Source: an uncultured delta proteobacterium (GTDB lineage Bacteria > Myxococcota_A > Polyangia > Fen-1088). From it: a DNA stretch of 64,000 nt. The stretch is from positions 32,001 through 96,000 of the forward strand of contig CAVYGB010000008.1 of assembly GCA_963767925.1 (NCBI GenBank). Direction: 5' to 3'. Each line of letters opens with the position of its first letter. Position 1 is the first letter of the stretch. The translations under genes were made by a program, and so were the position numbers. Positions 41,171-50,561 of the stretch are shown piece by piece. The notes beneath the pieces are model-generated. The model saw only the letters and a list, made by a program, of their open reading frames with translations, searched no databases and had not been told where the DNA came from.

Positions 41171-44100
41171 TCAAATCCAGGCGGGTTCCAGGGCTGCGAC
41201 CGACAGGCCCAGTGCGCGGGCCCGGGCCGCGGCCTTGTCGGAAAGACGCGCAGCCCGACCCGGCTGGCCCTCGCGCGCCGCGATCGCCGCGCGCATGGCG
41301 AGGACGGCCGGTCGGGCCATGGGAAACATCCGGGAGAAACGGGTCAGGCGGCGCAGGGCCAGGTGGGCGGTCCGGCGCGCCTGCCGGTCCCGAACTCCCC
41401 CGCGCTCCCAGGCGGCGATGGCCACCGCCACCGCGCCCACGTAGCCGTGGATACAGGGCGCCAGGGGCAGCAGGGCGCCGCGCAGCCGGTCGGTCAAGCC
41501 CGCCGCGACCACCTCGGCATCGGCGAGGCGGTCGCTCGCCAGGTAGGCGGTGGCCAGCAGCCCCTCGCCCATGACGATCGAGAGTCGGTCGGCGAGGGGG
41601 GCCAGCAAGCGCCGCCCCTCCTCCAGCAGCGGCAGGGCCTCGCCCGCCCGGCCGAGGCCGAGCAGCGATCGGCCTCGCAAGGTGAGCGCCCAGCCCATGT
41701 GCTGCTGGTTGGCGCGCCGGCGCGCCGACTCGAACAGGGCGGCGTACCAGTCGCCCGCCTCCGCCAGCCGGCCCTGGAAAAAGACGGCGTGCCCCACGAT
41801 GGTCCGGGCGATGTCGCCGTCCTGATCGTCCCCCACGCGGGCCAGCAGGTCGACGGCCCGCCGGCCGATCTCCTCGGCGGCGGCGAAGCGACCCTGCCCG
41901 AGGTCGTGAAAGGCGCGCAGGTAGCAGGTGAGCGCCAGCCCGGGCAGGTCGTTCCGCTCCTGGGCCAGGCGGGTGGCCCCCTGGAAGAAGGAGCTCGCCA
42001 CCGGCCCCAGGCCGGTCAGGCCGCTGACGTAGCCGAGGCGGGCGAAGGAGGCGGTGATCTCGGCCGGGTAGCGCGCGCGTTCGGCCAGGTTGGCGCCCAG
42101 CACCAGACTGGCGGTCATCGGCAGCCAGTCCCCCGTGAAGTAGGAGACCGAGGCCGAGAGCCCGGCGGCCACCGCCCCCTCGACCTGGGACAGGCGGCTC
42201 CGGCCCGGGCGCCGGAGGCGGTGGATGGGAAACAGCCGGTGCAAGATCCTCCGGGTCACCTGCGACAGCAGCAGGCGCAGCCACTGCCCCCGGGTGCGGG
42301 GGGCTCGCCCGCACACGTCGGCCAGCACCGACAGGGCGTCGGCCCGGCAGGCGGCCAGATCGGCGAGCGCGAAGTGGGCCTCGGCCCGCAGGCGATACAC
42401 CCGCGTCCGGCGCACGAAGCCGCTGCCGCCCAGCTCGATGGCCCGCGTACAGAGGGCCTGGGCCTCCCGGGCGGTGCCCGCCCGCAGGGCCCGGTTGGCG
42501 GCCCGCTGCAGGTAGGTGAGGGCGCGTCGGTCGTCGCGGGCCGCGCAGCAGTGGGCGGCGAGGGCGGCGTAGTGCCGGCCGAAGTCGATCTCCCGGCTGC
42601 GGTTCCCCTCGATCACGCTGGCCGCCAGGGCGTGGTGGGCCCGGCGCCGGGGGGCGGGCGTCTGGGCGTAGGCGATCTCGCGGAGCTGATCGTGGACGAA
42701 GCGGTATTGCCCGGACTGGGCGATCTCGAGCACTTGCTTGACCACCAGCTCGGCCAGGGCGCTCAGGTTCTGCTCGGCGGGGCTGCTCTTACCCGCCATG
42801 GTCAGGAGCTGATCGGCCTCGAGCTCGCGGCCCAGCACGGCGGCCAGCTCGACCAGCATCTGGGCGGGGGCCGACAGGCGGGCCAGCCGGCGCAGCACCA
42901 GCTCGCGCACCGCCACCGGGGTGCGGGGGGACTCGACGGGCGGGCCGCTGAGGCGCCAGGACGCCTCCGAGCGCACCAGCCGCTGCTCGGACAGGGCCGT
43001 GCGCAGGTACTCCACCACGAACAGGGGGTTGCCGCAGGCCCGGCTCGCCACCGAGTCGGTGAGGGTGTCGGGCACCTCCTGCGAGCCGAGCATCTCGGTG
43101 ATCATGCGGGCCACGCCGCTGGTCTCGAGCGGAGGCAGCGACAGGCGCTTGACCTCGGTCCGGCCCAGGCTGCGCAGGAGCTCGGGCGGCAGGGCCTCGT
43201 CCCGGCAGGTGGCGGCGATCAGCACGGCGTGGCGGGCGAAGAACTCGTCGCCCAGGTGCTCACATACGAACGACAGGGTGAGCTCGTCGGCCCACTGCAG
43301 ATCGTCGAGGATGAGACAGAGCGGCCGGCGGGCGGCGACCGTCCCCAGCAGGTGCTCGAGCGCGTCGAACAGTCGGAAGCGGGCCCCGTCACCCACCAGG
43401 GGGGGCAGGCGGGGGAGCTGATCCAGCCCCGGCACCTGCAGCAGGGCGGGCTCGTAGCTGGCCAGCAGCCGGCCCCGCGGTCCCAGCAGGCGGACGTTCT
43501 CCGCCCGGCTCGCGCTCCGGCAGGTCTCGGCCACCGCCCGCAGGAACGGACGGATCGGCTGCAGCGCCGGAGCGGTCGGGCTGGTCTCGGGCTGACCGTC
43601 GAGGGTGGGGCCGGAGGAGGTGCCCAGCACCACCTGCATCCCCAGGCGGTGGGCCCGCGAGGCCAGCTCGACCGCCAGGCGGGTCTTGCCCGCTCCGCTC
43701 TCGCCGGTGATGAAGACCCGGCTGCCCTGTCCGCGATCGCAGGCATCGGCCAGCCGCTGCAGGTCGGCCATCGGGGCCTGTCGGCCCACCAGGCTGGGCC
43801 GGTACAGGTAGCCGGGCGTGCCCTCGGGCGCGCTCTGCCCGGCCGGGACCAGGGCCCGCGCGACCTGGTCGGCGTAGGCGGGCCGCTGCCGGGGATGTTT
43901 GGCGAGGAGCGAGAGCACCAGCTGCTCCAGCTCGAGCGGCACCGCGGGCGCGAGCTGCGAGGGCGGGCGGGGCGCCAGCGAGAGGTGGGCGTCGATGAGG
44001 GTGCGGGGATCTCGCCCCAGGAAAGGGGGCCGGCCGGTCAGCACCTCGTAGAGGATGCATCCCACCGAATACAGGTCGGAGCGGGCGTCGGTCGGCTCGC

Positions 44101-44926
44101 CCAGGAACTGCTCGGGCGCGGTGTAGAGCAACGTCCCCGCCTGCAAGGTGTCGATGCGCAGCACCTCACGCTCGCCGGTGAGGCTGGCGTTGGTGAGGGC
44201 AAAGCCGAAGTCGACGAGCACCGGCACCCGATCCGGGCGGATGATCACGTTGCGCGGAGACAGGTCGCGGTGGACGAAGCCGGCCGCGTGCAGCTCGGTC
44301 AGGGTCGCGCAGAGCTGGCGCAAGATCTCGAGCAGCTCGGCCCGCCCCTCGAGACCGGGCGGCCAGTCCGGGCGGGCGGATCCCTTGCGCCGGGCGGCCA
44401 GGCGCGCGGCCAGGGTCTGCCCCTCGACGAGCTGCATGGCGTACCAGGCCACCTCGGCCCCGCCGCGGGGCGCGCCCTGATCGCCCTGGGCGAGGATCCG
44501 CACCACGCCCGGATGGCGGATCTGACTGAGGGCCTGCATCTCGCGCTGCAGGGAGAGCAGGGCCTCGCGCTGCGACGGCTGGACGGTCTTGATGGCGACG
44601 ACCTCGCCGCTCCGTTCATCCTCGGCGCGGTACACCACGCCCATCCCGCCGCGGCCCAGCACCGCCAGCACCCGGAAGGGTCCGAAGCGCAGCGGCTGCG
44701 CCGCGCCCTCGTCGGAGGCCAGCGGGTCTTCGGCCGGAGGTAGGCTCGCCGCGCCCATCGAGGCCAGCGGCGGCGTGACGAGATCGGCCGCGCCCGAGAG
44801 GAGATCGAGGCAGCTCTCACAGGCCGCCGCGTGCCGCTCCAGCAGCATGACACCTTCTCTCGTCAGTTTTCCCGAAAGGAACTGAACGAAAAGATCTTCG
44901 GGTGGACAACCTTCTGGCTCGTTCAT
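41171..44926 (-). CDS. Ser/Thr protein kinase with N-terminal zinc-finger, AAA-type ATPase and TPR-like helical C-terminus
   Basis: HAAACESC; LGRGGMGVVY, VAIK, HRDLSPRN, DFG, APE; GESGAGKT, LILDDLQWAD, GNPLF, YRFVHD. Confidence 0.92.
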   Translation of the reverse strand: MNEPEGCPPEDLFVQFLSGKLTREGVMLLERHAAACESCLDLLSGAADLVTPPLASMGAASLPPAEDPLASDEGAAQPLRFGPFRVLAVLGRGGMGVVYRAEDERSGEVVAIKTVQPSQREALLSLQREMQALSQIRHPGVVRILAQGDQGAPRGGAEVAWYAMQLVEGQTLAARLAARRKGSARPDWPPGLEGRAELLEILRQLCATLTELHAAGFVHRDLSPRNVIIRPDRVPVLVDFGFALTNASLTGEREVLRIDTLQAGTLLYTAPEQFLGEPTDARSDLYSVGCILYEVLTGRPPFLGRDPRTLIDAHLSLAPRPPSQLAPAVPLELEQLVLSLLAKHPRQRPAYADQVARALVPAGQSAPEGTPGYLYRPSLVGRQAPMADLQRLADACDRGQGSRVFITGESGAGKTRLAVELASRAHRLGMQVVLGTSSGPTLDGQPETSPTAPALQPIRPFLRAVAETCRSASRAENVRLLGPRGRLLASYEPALLQVPGLDQLPRLPPLVGDGARFRLFDALEHLLGTVAARRPLCLILDDLQWADELTLSFVCEHLGDEFFARHAVLIAATCRDEALPPELLRSLGRTEVKRLSLPPLETSGVARMITEMLGSQEVPDTLTDSVASRACGNPLFVVEYLRTALSEQRLVRSEASWRLSGPPVESPRTPVAVRELVLRRLARLSAPAQMLVELAAVLGRELEADQLLTMAGKSSPAEQNLSALAELVVKQVLEIAQSGQYRFVHDQLREIAYAQTPAPRRRAHHALAASVIEGNRSREIDFGRHYAALAAHCCAARDDRRALTYLQRAANRALRAGTAREAQALCTRAIELGGSGFVRRTRVYRLRAEAHFALADLAACRADALSVLADVCGRAPRTRGQWLRLLLSQVTRRILHRLFPIHRLRRPGRSRLSQVEGAVAAGLSASVSYFTGDWLPMTASLVLGANLAERARYPAEITASFARLGYVSGLTGLGPVASSFFQGATRLAQERNDLPGLALTCYLRAFHDLGQGRFAAAEEIGRRAVDLLARVGDDQDGDIARTIVGHAVFFQGRLAEAGDWYAALFESARRRANQQHMGWALTLRGRSLLGLGRAGEALPLLEEGRRLLAPLADRLSIVMGEGLLATAYLASDRLADAEVVAAGLTDRLRGALLPLAPCIHGYVGAVAVAIAAWERGGVRDRQARRTAHLALRRLTRFSRMFPMARPAVLAMRAAIAAREGQPGRAARLSDKAAARARALGLSVAALEPAWI

Positions 44927-45028
44927 TGGACCGAGCAGCTCCCGCTGATTAGACGCCGCCTGCCGCACCTTGATGCACCTGCTGCGCTTGCTTTTTTGGT
45001 TTTCCGCTATGTTAGTGGCTTGCCAATC

Positions 45029-45853
45029 GTGGGGGCCGGAACAGGGATCAGCGCCAGGACGCCGGAGGTCGAGCTGGAGTCGCTCGCCGCCGAGGCCCGG
45101 AGCATGTGGCCCGACCTCCTCCTCGACAAGGCGGTGTTCACCGGCTATCTGCGCGAGCGGCTGACGGGCTCCGACGATCCGGCCGGGCTGCACGCCGGCG
45201 ACCTCTATCTCGCCTGCGCCTGCCTGCAGCAGGTGGCGGGGGCCCTGGAGGCCTTCGAGCGCCGCTACCTCGCCCGCCTCGGTCCCTCGCTCCGCACCAT
45301 CGATCCCTCTCCCGCCTTCGCCGACGAGGTGACGCAGCTCCTGCGCGAGAAGCTGTTCGTCGGCACCAAGCTGGCGAGCTATTCGGGGCGGGGCTCGCTC
45401 GAGAGCTGGGTGGCGGTCGCCGCCCACCGGACGGGTCTGACCCTCAAGCGCCGGCAGCGCGACCACAGCGAGCTCTCGGACGAGGCCCTGACCTGGCTCG
45501 TGCCCCAGGATCCGGAGCTGGCCTACCTGCGCGCGCACTACCGGGAGGAGTTCCAGACCGCGCTGACGGCCGCCCTGCGTGGGCTGCCCGAGCGGCAGCA
45601 GGTGGTGCTGCGCCTGTCGGTGCTCAAGGGAAACAGCCACGCCCGGATCGCCGCCATCTACGGGGTGAATCAGTCCACCGTCACGCGCTGGGTGACCGCC
45701 GCTCGCCAGCAGATCTGGGACCAGCTCCGGCAGCGCCTGGCCGATCGGCTGCACATGGGCTCGGGCGAGGTGGACTCGCTGATCCGCTTCATGAAGAGCG
45801 ACGCCGAGATCAACCTGGTCCAGGCGCTGGAGCGGGCCAGCCCCTCGGACTGA
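45029..45853 (+). CDS. myxobacterial ECF-like sigma-70 factor (TIGR03001-like; start approximate)
   Basis: LHAGDLYLACAC, YSGRGSLESWV, DPELAYLRAHYREEF, and region-4 HTH IAAIYGVNQSTVTRW. Confidence 0.82.
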   Translation: MGAGTGISARTPEVELESLAAEARSMWPDLLLDKAVFTGYLRERLTGSDDPAGLHAGDLYLACACLQQVAGALEAFERRYLARLGPSLRTIDPSPAFADEVTQLLREKLFVGTKLASYSGRGSLESWVAVAAHRTGLTLKRRQRDHSELSDEALTWLVPQDPELAYLRAHYREEFQTALTAALRGLPERQQVVLRLSVLKGNSHARIAAIYGVNQSTVTRWVTAARQQIWDQLRQRLADRLHMGSGEVDSLIRFMKSDAEINLVQALERASPSD

Positions 45854-45862
45854 GGGCGGCGG

Positions 45863-46255
45863 TCAGCGCGGGGGCGAGACCACGACGTACTGGATCCGGG
45901 TGCCGGCGTAACCGGGCCGGTACCAGGTGCGGCCGCAATGCTGGTAGGCGACCTTGCCGACCACGGTCACGGCGCAGGAGGCGGGCAGGGCGGCGACGAC
46001 GCTGCCGACCGCCACCGCTGCCGTCACCGCGATGGCGGCCCGGGTGACGGGGTGGTAGTCGCGGTCGACGTCGACGTCGATGTCCCGGCGGACCGGGACC
46101 GTGCGGTGCACGTTGACCCGGCGGCTCACGCTGGTGCGGGTGGTGCCGCGGACGCTGCGGGCGTCGGGCCGGGGCGGCGCCAGCACCCCGGCGGCGATCA
46201 GCAGGCTGGAGCAAGTGGAGACGATGACCCCGGCCCGGCGGAGCTGGACCTTCAA
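45863..46255 (-). CDS. small secreted hypothetical protein (DUF6515-like C-terminus)
   Basis: Signal peptide; LPASC..V....YQHCGRTWYRP......YVVVSPP; start overlaps the upstream stop. Confidence 0.65.
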   Translation of the reverse strand: MKVQLRRAGVIVSTCSSLLIAAGVLAPPRPDARSVRGTTRTSVSRRVNVHRTVPVRRDIDVDVDRDYHPVTRAAIAVTAAVAVGSVVAALPASCAVTVVGKVAYQHCGRTWYRPGYAGTRIQYVVVSPPR

Positions 46256-47013
46256 GGCAGTCTCCCGGTCTGGGGGCGCAGCTCGATGGCGTGGGCGTCG
46301 GCCGGGGGCACGAAGGTGAACAGGTGGTCGTCGAGGGGGAGGTTGAGCTCCCAGCTCAGCACGACGGTGTGCTGGGGCTGGGCCGGGTCCTGGGTGGTGG
46401 TGATCACCAGCTTGCGCGGCAGGGGCCGGGGACCGCGCTGGATCCAGATCTGCCAGTCGACGTCGCGCTGCCGGAAGGCGTAGTGGTCACAGGGCGCCCC
46501 CGCCACCGTGCTGGGGCCGACGTCGATGGCAAACAGGATGTCGGCGATCCCGCTGGCCTCGGTCCCCCAGTAGAAGAGATCGGCCAGCGGCAGCTCGATG
46601 TCGTAGCGGCGCGCCGCCACCTCGACCAGCTCCCGCAGGGTGGGTGGCGCGGCGACGGTGGCGTAGTAATGTTCGCGGGGCGCGTCGACGGTGAACCGCT
46701 GGCCGTCGTAGAAGAAACGCCGGCTCTTGCGGTCGGAGACCAGCTCGGCGAAGAAACGGTCCGGCCGGCGGATCTTTAGATCGGCCCTGCTGTGGAGCTG
46801 CAGCTTCTGTCCCGACTGAAGCACCTCGTCGGTGGTGCTCTCGGCCTTGACCAGCAGGCTGCTCTGGGCCCGCAGAAAACCGCCCATCCTCTCGAGCGCC
46901 CGGACGGCCGCCTGGTCGATGGAGGGTCGATCAGCCGAGGCCGGTGGCGCGGCGACCGGGAGGGCCAGCAGGGCCGCGACCAGGGCCTCCGGGGGCGGGC
47001 GCATGAGCCTCAT
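46252..47013 (-). CDS. DUF2092 family periplasmic protein
   Basis: GQKLQ, RRPDR, FFYDG, YYATVAAP, LPLADL, CDHYAFRQRDVDWQIWI..G..PLPRK. Confidence 0.88.
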   Translation of the reverse strand: MRLMRPPPEALVAALLALPVAAPPASADRPSIDQAAVRALERMGGFLRAQSSLLVKAESTTDEVLQSGQKLQLHSRADLKIRRPDRFFAELVSDRKSRRFFYDGQRFTVDAPREHYYATVAAPPTLRELVEVAARRYDIELPLADLFYWGTEASGIADILFAIDVGPSTVAGAPCDHYAFRQRDVDWQIWIQRGPRPLPRKLVITTTQDPAQPQHTVVLSWELNLPLDDHLFTFVPPADAHAIELRPQTGRLP

Positions 47014-47184
47014 TGGATCACCTCTCGATCGGAGTGTATGGCCGGTTTCCCCGGGCGCCTGTCGGAGCGCTACGGAAAGGCTGGCCCACCCGCGCGCCGG
47101 TAAGTCTCGCTCGCATTCGGAGCTGAGGTGGTCGTCCCGTCGGAGGCCGCGCCCATATTGGCCCAGTGAGAGAAGGAGGAGATC

Positions 47185-48390
47185 ATGTTCCTGAGAAAGT
47201 GCAGCTGGTTGGTAGGGGTGGGGATCGCCCTGGGGGGTGGTGCAGGTGCGCAGGCTCAGCAAGCTGCCGCTTCGCCCGCCGAGGCAAAGACCTGTCACGA
47301 GAGCGCGGTGAAGGTCGAGTTCGGGTTCGACTCCGCCACGGCGGCCGTCGACACGAGCAAGGTCAACGAGGTGAGCACCTGGCTCGCGGGCGATCCGGGC
47401 CGGACGGTCATCGTGAAAGGGACCACCGATTCGTCGGGGGCTCCCGCTTACAACGAGGACCTCAGCATGCGCCGAGCGCAATCGGTGCAGCAGGGGCTCG
47501 TCAGCCAGGGCGTCGACCCGGCGCGGGTGGAGGTGATCGGCGAAGGTGAGGCGCCGGCGACCGACGCCGGGAGCGCGCGGGAGTCCCGCTCGGCGGTCGT
47601 CCTCCTGTGTGAGGCGCCAGCCGGCGCGGCGGCGACGGCCCCCCCGGCTGCGGCAGCGGCGGCGGCTGCTGCTCCCGCGGAGGCGGCACCCCCGCCCGAG
47701 GGGGCTCCTCCGGCCGAGCCGGCCGCGCCGGCCGAAGAGGCGCTCCCCGAGGAGGGACCGCTGGCCGAGGCCGAGCCGGCGCCGGAGATGGCGATGCCCG
47801 AGCCGTACTCCGAGCCCATCCCGCTCCAGGAACAGGCGCCCGAGCCCTCGGGCCTCGAGCGGATCGGGCTGGGGGTGGCGCTCGGTGGTGGGGTCGTCGA
47901 CTTCACCGACAGCGAGGCCAGGGCCCTGACCGACCTCGGCGGCTCCTGGGAGCTCCGGGCCATCGTGGGGGCCCGCCTGCCCCTGGCGGCGGAGCTGGCC
48001 TACACCGGCTCGGCCCAGTCCATCGACGTCCTCGGCATCGGCACCGACTCGGTGCTGCTGGGTAACGGCGGCGAGGTGGCGCTCCGCCTGCAATTGCCGC
48101 ACAAATACGTGCGGCCCTACGCCGTGGCCGGGGTCGGCTGGACGCACTACCAGCTCACCAACACCGGTGGCGATAACACGAGCCTGATGTCGAGCGACGA
48201 CGACGTGGTCACGGTGCCTCTCGGGCTGGGGCTGACCCTGCACTCGATGTTTGGTGGCACCTTCGACGTGCGGGGCACCTTCCGGGCAGCCTTCCAGGAG
48301 GACCTCATGACCGGCGTCTATGCCGGCACCGGCGCGGTGGCCCGCCTGCACACCTGGAACGTGAACGCGACCCTGGGCTGGGAGTTCTGA
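47185..48390 (+). CDS. OmpA-family protein with N-terminal peptidoglycan-binding domain, Pro/Ala/Glu linker and C-terminal beta-barrel
   Basis: AAGGAGG RBS; FGFDSA, GTTDSSG..YNEDLSMRRA; C-terminus ATLGWEF. Confidence 0.85.
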   Translation: MFLRKCSWLVGVGIALGGGAGAQAQQAAASPAEAKTCHESAVKVEFGFDSATAAVDTSKVNEVSTWLAGDPGRTVIVKGTTDSSGAPAYNEDLSMRRAQSVQQGLVSQGVDPARVEVIGEGEAPATDAGSARESRSAVVLLCEAPAGAAATAPPAAAAAAAAAPAEAAPPPEGAPPAEPAAPAEEALPEEGPLAEAEPAPEMAMPEPYSEPIPLQEQAPEPSGLERIGLGVALGGGVVDFTDSEARALTDLGGSWELRAIVGARLPLAAELAYTGSAQSIDVLGIGTDSVLLGNGGEVALRLQLPHKYVRPYAVAGVGWTHYQLTNTGGDNTSLMSSDDDVVTVPLGLGLTLHSMFGGTFDVRGTFRAAFQEDLMTGVYAGTGAVARLHTWNVNATLGWEF

Positions 48391-48479
48391 TCGCGAAGAG
48401 AGTGCCGTCGCGGGGACCGGTGGGGACGCTCGTCCCCCCGGTCCCTCGGCGGTCGAGACGACCGGAAGGAGGGCCTCGC

Positions 48480-49481
48480 ATGAGCAACGTCGCGGAGAAC
48501 GAGCTGCGCCCGCTGCCGCTCGACGACACGGAGGAGATCCCGATCCCCGATCCACCCTTTCCCGAGATGCAGCCGGTCCCGGGCGGCACCTTCCGCATGG
48601 GCTCGGATCGCCACTATCCCGAGGAGAGCCCGGCCCACCTGGTGGCCGTGGACGGCTTCTGGATGGACGCCCGCCCGGTGACGAACGCCGACTTTCACCG
48701 CTTCGTGGCCGCCACCGGCTACCGCACGCTGGCCGAGGAGGCGCCTCGCCCCGAGGACTACCCGGGGGCGCTGCCCGAGTTGCTGGTGCCCGCCTCGATC
48801 GTCTTTCAGCAGCCGCGCCAGGCCGTCGATCTCCGCAACCACTTCTCCTGGTGGGGCTTCGTGCCCGGGGCCTGCTGGCGCCACCCGCGGGGACCGGACA
48901 GCTCGATCGACGATCTCGCGGATCACCCGGTCGTGCACATCGCTTACCGCGACGCCGAGGCCTACGCGGCCTGGGCAGGCAAGGACCTGCCCAGCGAGGC
49001 GGAGTGGGAGCTGGCCGCCCGGGGCGGACGGGACGGAGCGGAGTTCGTCTGGGGCGACGACCTTCTCCCTGGCGGCAAATACATGGCCAACACCTGGCAG
49101 GGCGAGTTCCCCCTCCAGAACCTGGCCAGCGACGGGTTCGAGTGGACCGCCCCGGTGGGGTCCTTCCCGGCCAACGGCTACGGCCTGTTCGACATGGCGG
49201 GGAACGTCTGGGAGTGGACCAGCGACTGGTACGAGGACCGGCACCCGGTCGGCAACGGCTGCTGCGCGGCCCGCCAGAACCCGCGCGGCGGCGCCCGGGA
49301 GCGGAGCTACGACCGCTGCATGCCCGAGTCGCAGATCCCTCGCAAGGTGATGAAGGGGGGCTCCTTCCTCTGCGCGCCCAACTACTGCCGCCGCTACCGG
49401 CCGGCTGCCCGGATGGGGCAACCGATCGACACGTCGACCTGCCACCTGGGCTTTCGCTGCATCGTCCGGCAGCCGCCGTGA
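48480..49481 (+). CDS. formylglycine-generating enzyme (SUMF1/FGE) family protein
   Basis: FRMGSD, PVTNADF, HPVVH, LPSEAEWE, NGYGLFDMAGNVWEW, KGGSFLCAPNYCRRYR (both catalytic Cys), HLGFRC. Confidence 0.92.
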   Translation: MSNVAENELRPLPLDDTEEIPIPDPPFPEMQPVPGGTFRMGSDRHYPEESPAHLVAVDGFWMDARPVTNADFHRFVAATGYRTLAEEAPRPEDYPGALPELLVPASIVFQQPRQAVDLRNHFSWWGFVPGACWRHPRGPDSSIDDLADHPVVHIAYRDAEAYAAWAGKDLPSEAEWELAARGGRDGAEFVWGDDLLPGGKYMANTWQGEFPLQNLASDGFEWTAPVGSFPANGYGLFDMAGNVWEWTSDWYEDRHPVGNGCCAARQNPRGGARERSYDRCMPESQIPRKVMKGGSFLCAPNYCRRYRPAARMGQPIDTSTCHLGFRCIVRQPP

Positions 49482-49978
49482 CCCTCTGGAGCGCGGCGCA
49501 CGGGGACCTCGAGGGGCTGGCCCGGCTCGCGCTGGCCGCCCTGTTCGGGGGGCTGCTGGGGATCCCCTCGCGCACCCGGCCGGGCGGCGTGCGCACCCAC
49601 GCCATGGTCTGTGCGGGGGCGGCGCTCTTCTCGCTGTCGGCGGTCCACGTGGTGGGCCCCGGATCGGGGGAGCTGCTGCGCGTGATCCAGGGGGTGGCCG
49701 GGGGGATCGGCTTCATCGGCGCCGCCACCGTGCTCAAGCGGCGCGACAGCATCCACGGGGTCAGCGTCGCCGCCTCGATCTGGGTCAGCGGGGCGGCGGG
49801 CTGCGAGTTCGGGCTGGGTCGGGCCGGGTTCGCCGTGATCGTCGTGATCCTGGCGATGGGGGCCAACCTGCTCTACGACCACATCGAACGCCGCTACGTC
49901 GGTCCCCGTCACCGGGCGCACCGGGAAGGGGAAGGTCCGGTAGAGAACGACGACCCGCCGCCCGGACCGCCCGCCTGA
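49478..49978 (+). CDS. MgtC/SapB family membrane protein
   Basis: GTGA overlap; RLALAALFGGLLG, GVRTHAMV, GIGFIGAA, AASIW. Confidence 0.85.
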   Translation: MTLWSAAHGDLEGLARLALAALFGGLLGIPSRTRPGGVRTHAMVCAGAALFSLSAVHVVGPGSGELLRVIQGVAGGIGFIGAATVLKRRDSIHGVSVAASIWVSGAAGCEFGLGRAGFAVIVVILAMGANLLYDHIERRYVGPRHRAHREGEGPVENDDPPPGPPA

Positions 49979-49983
49979 GCCGC

Positions 49984-50408
49984 TCAATCCACGAACATCG
50001 TGTCCCGGTCGCGTTTCATGTCCACCACCGTCCAGCCGTCCCGCCGGGCTCGCTCCAGCGCGGCCTCCGCGCCCTCCCGGTAGGCGGACTCGCGGCGGTC
50101 GTCGTCGTGGTCGAGCAGGAGGGCGAAGGAGGGCCGGGCGGGATGGGCGCAGAAGTGCAACATGGAGATGTCACCGTTCGAGTTGCCGCCGGCGAAGATG
50201 GGCCGGCGTCCCAGCCGGCTCCAGAGGCGGACTGGCTTGGCCGGGCCGACACTACCGGGGCGACGACCGCGATCTGAAGGTGATGGCCGGCGCGGGTCAC
50301 GCGGGCGACGAAGTCGAGGATGGCCGCCTTCGTGTCGCCCTCTCGCCAGCTCGGTAGCCCGCCCGGAGGAACGTCCGCTGGCTCTGGTTGCTTCACGTTC
50401 GCGCTCAC
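49984..50408 (-). pseudogene. HAD-like hydrolase remnant with large internal deletion
   Basis: N-terminal LPSWREGDTKAAILDFVARVT is joined out of frame to C-terminal GPAKPV...GRRPIFAGGNSNGDISML...HDDDRRESAY...WTVVDMKRD. The DxD catalytic core is missing. Confidence 0.8.
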
Positions 50409-50561
50409 GTCGGTCTCCCTTTCACCCCGATGAACCTGGCCACGGCGGGGGAGGATTGGCCCGTCGGCGGGTGTACGAGGAACACGCCTTCGCGCGGTCG
50501 ACCTGGCTCGCACGTTGTCTTCGCCCGCACCGTCCGTCACTTTCCCGAGCGGGAGGTCTCC

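Noticed and set aside
41171..45754. 1527-aa version of the kinase
   Set aside because: The extension is antisense to the sigma factor. The kinase most plausibly starts at 44926.
47620..47850. repeat-like GCN/CCN-rich DNA
   Set aside because: Explained by the Pro/Ala/Glu linker of the OmpA-like protein.
46252..49866. 1204-aa minus-strand ORF
   Set aside because: Only the last 253 aa (DUF2092) look real. The rest is antisense to the OmpA, FGE and MgtC genes.
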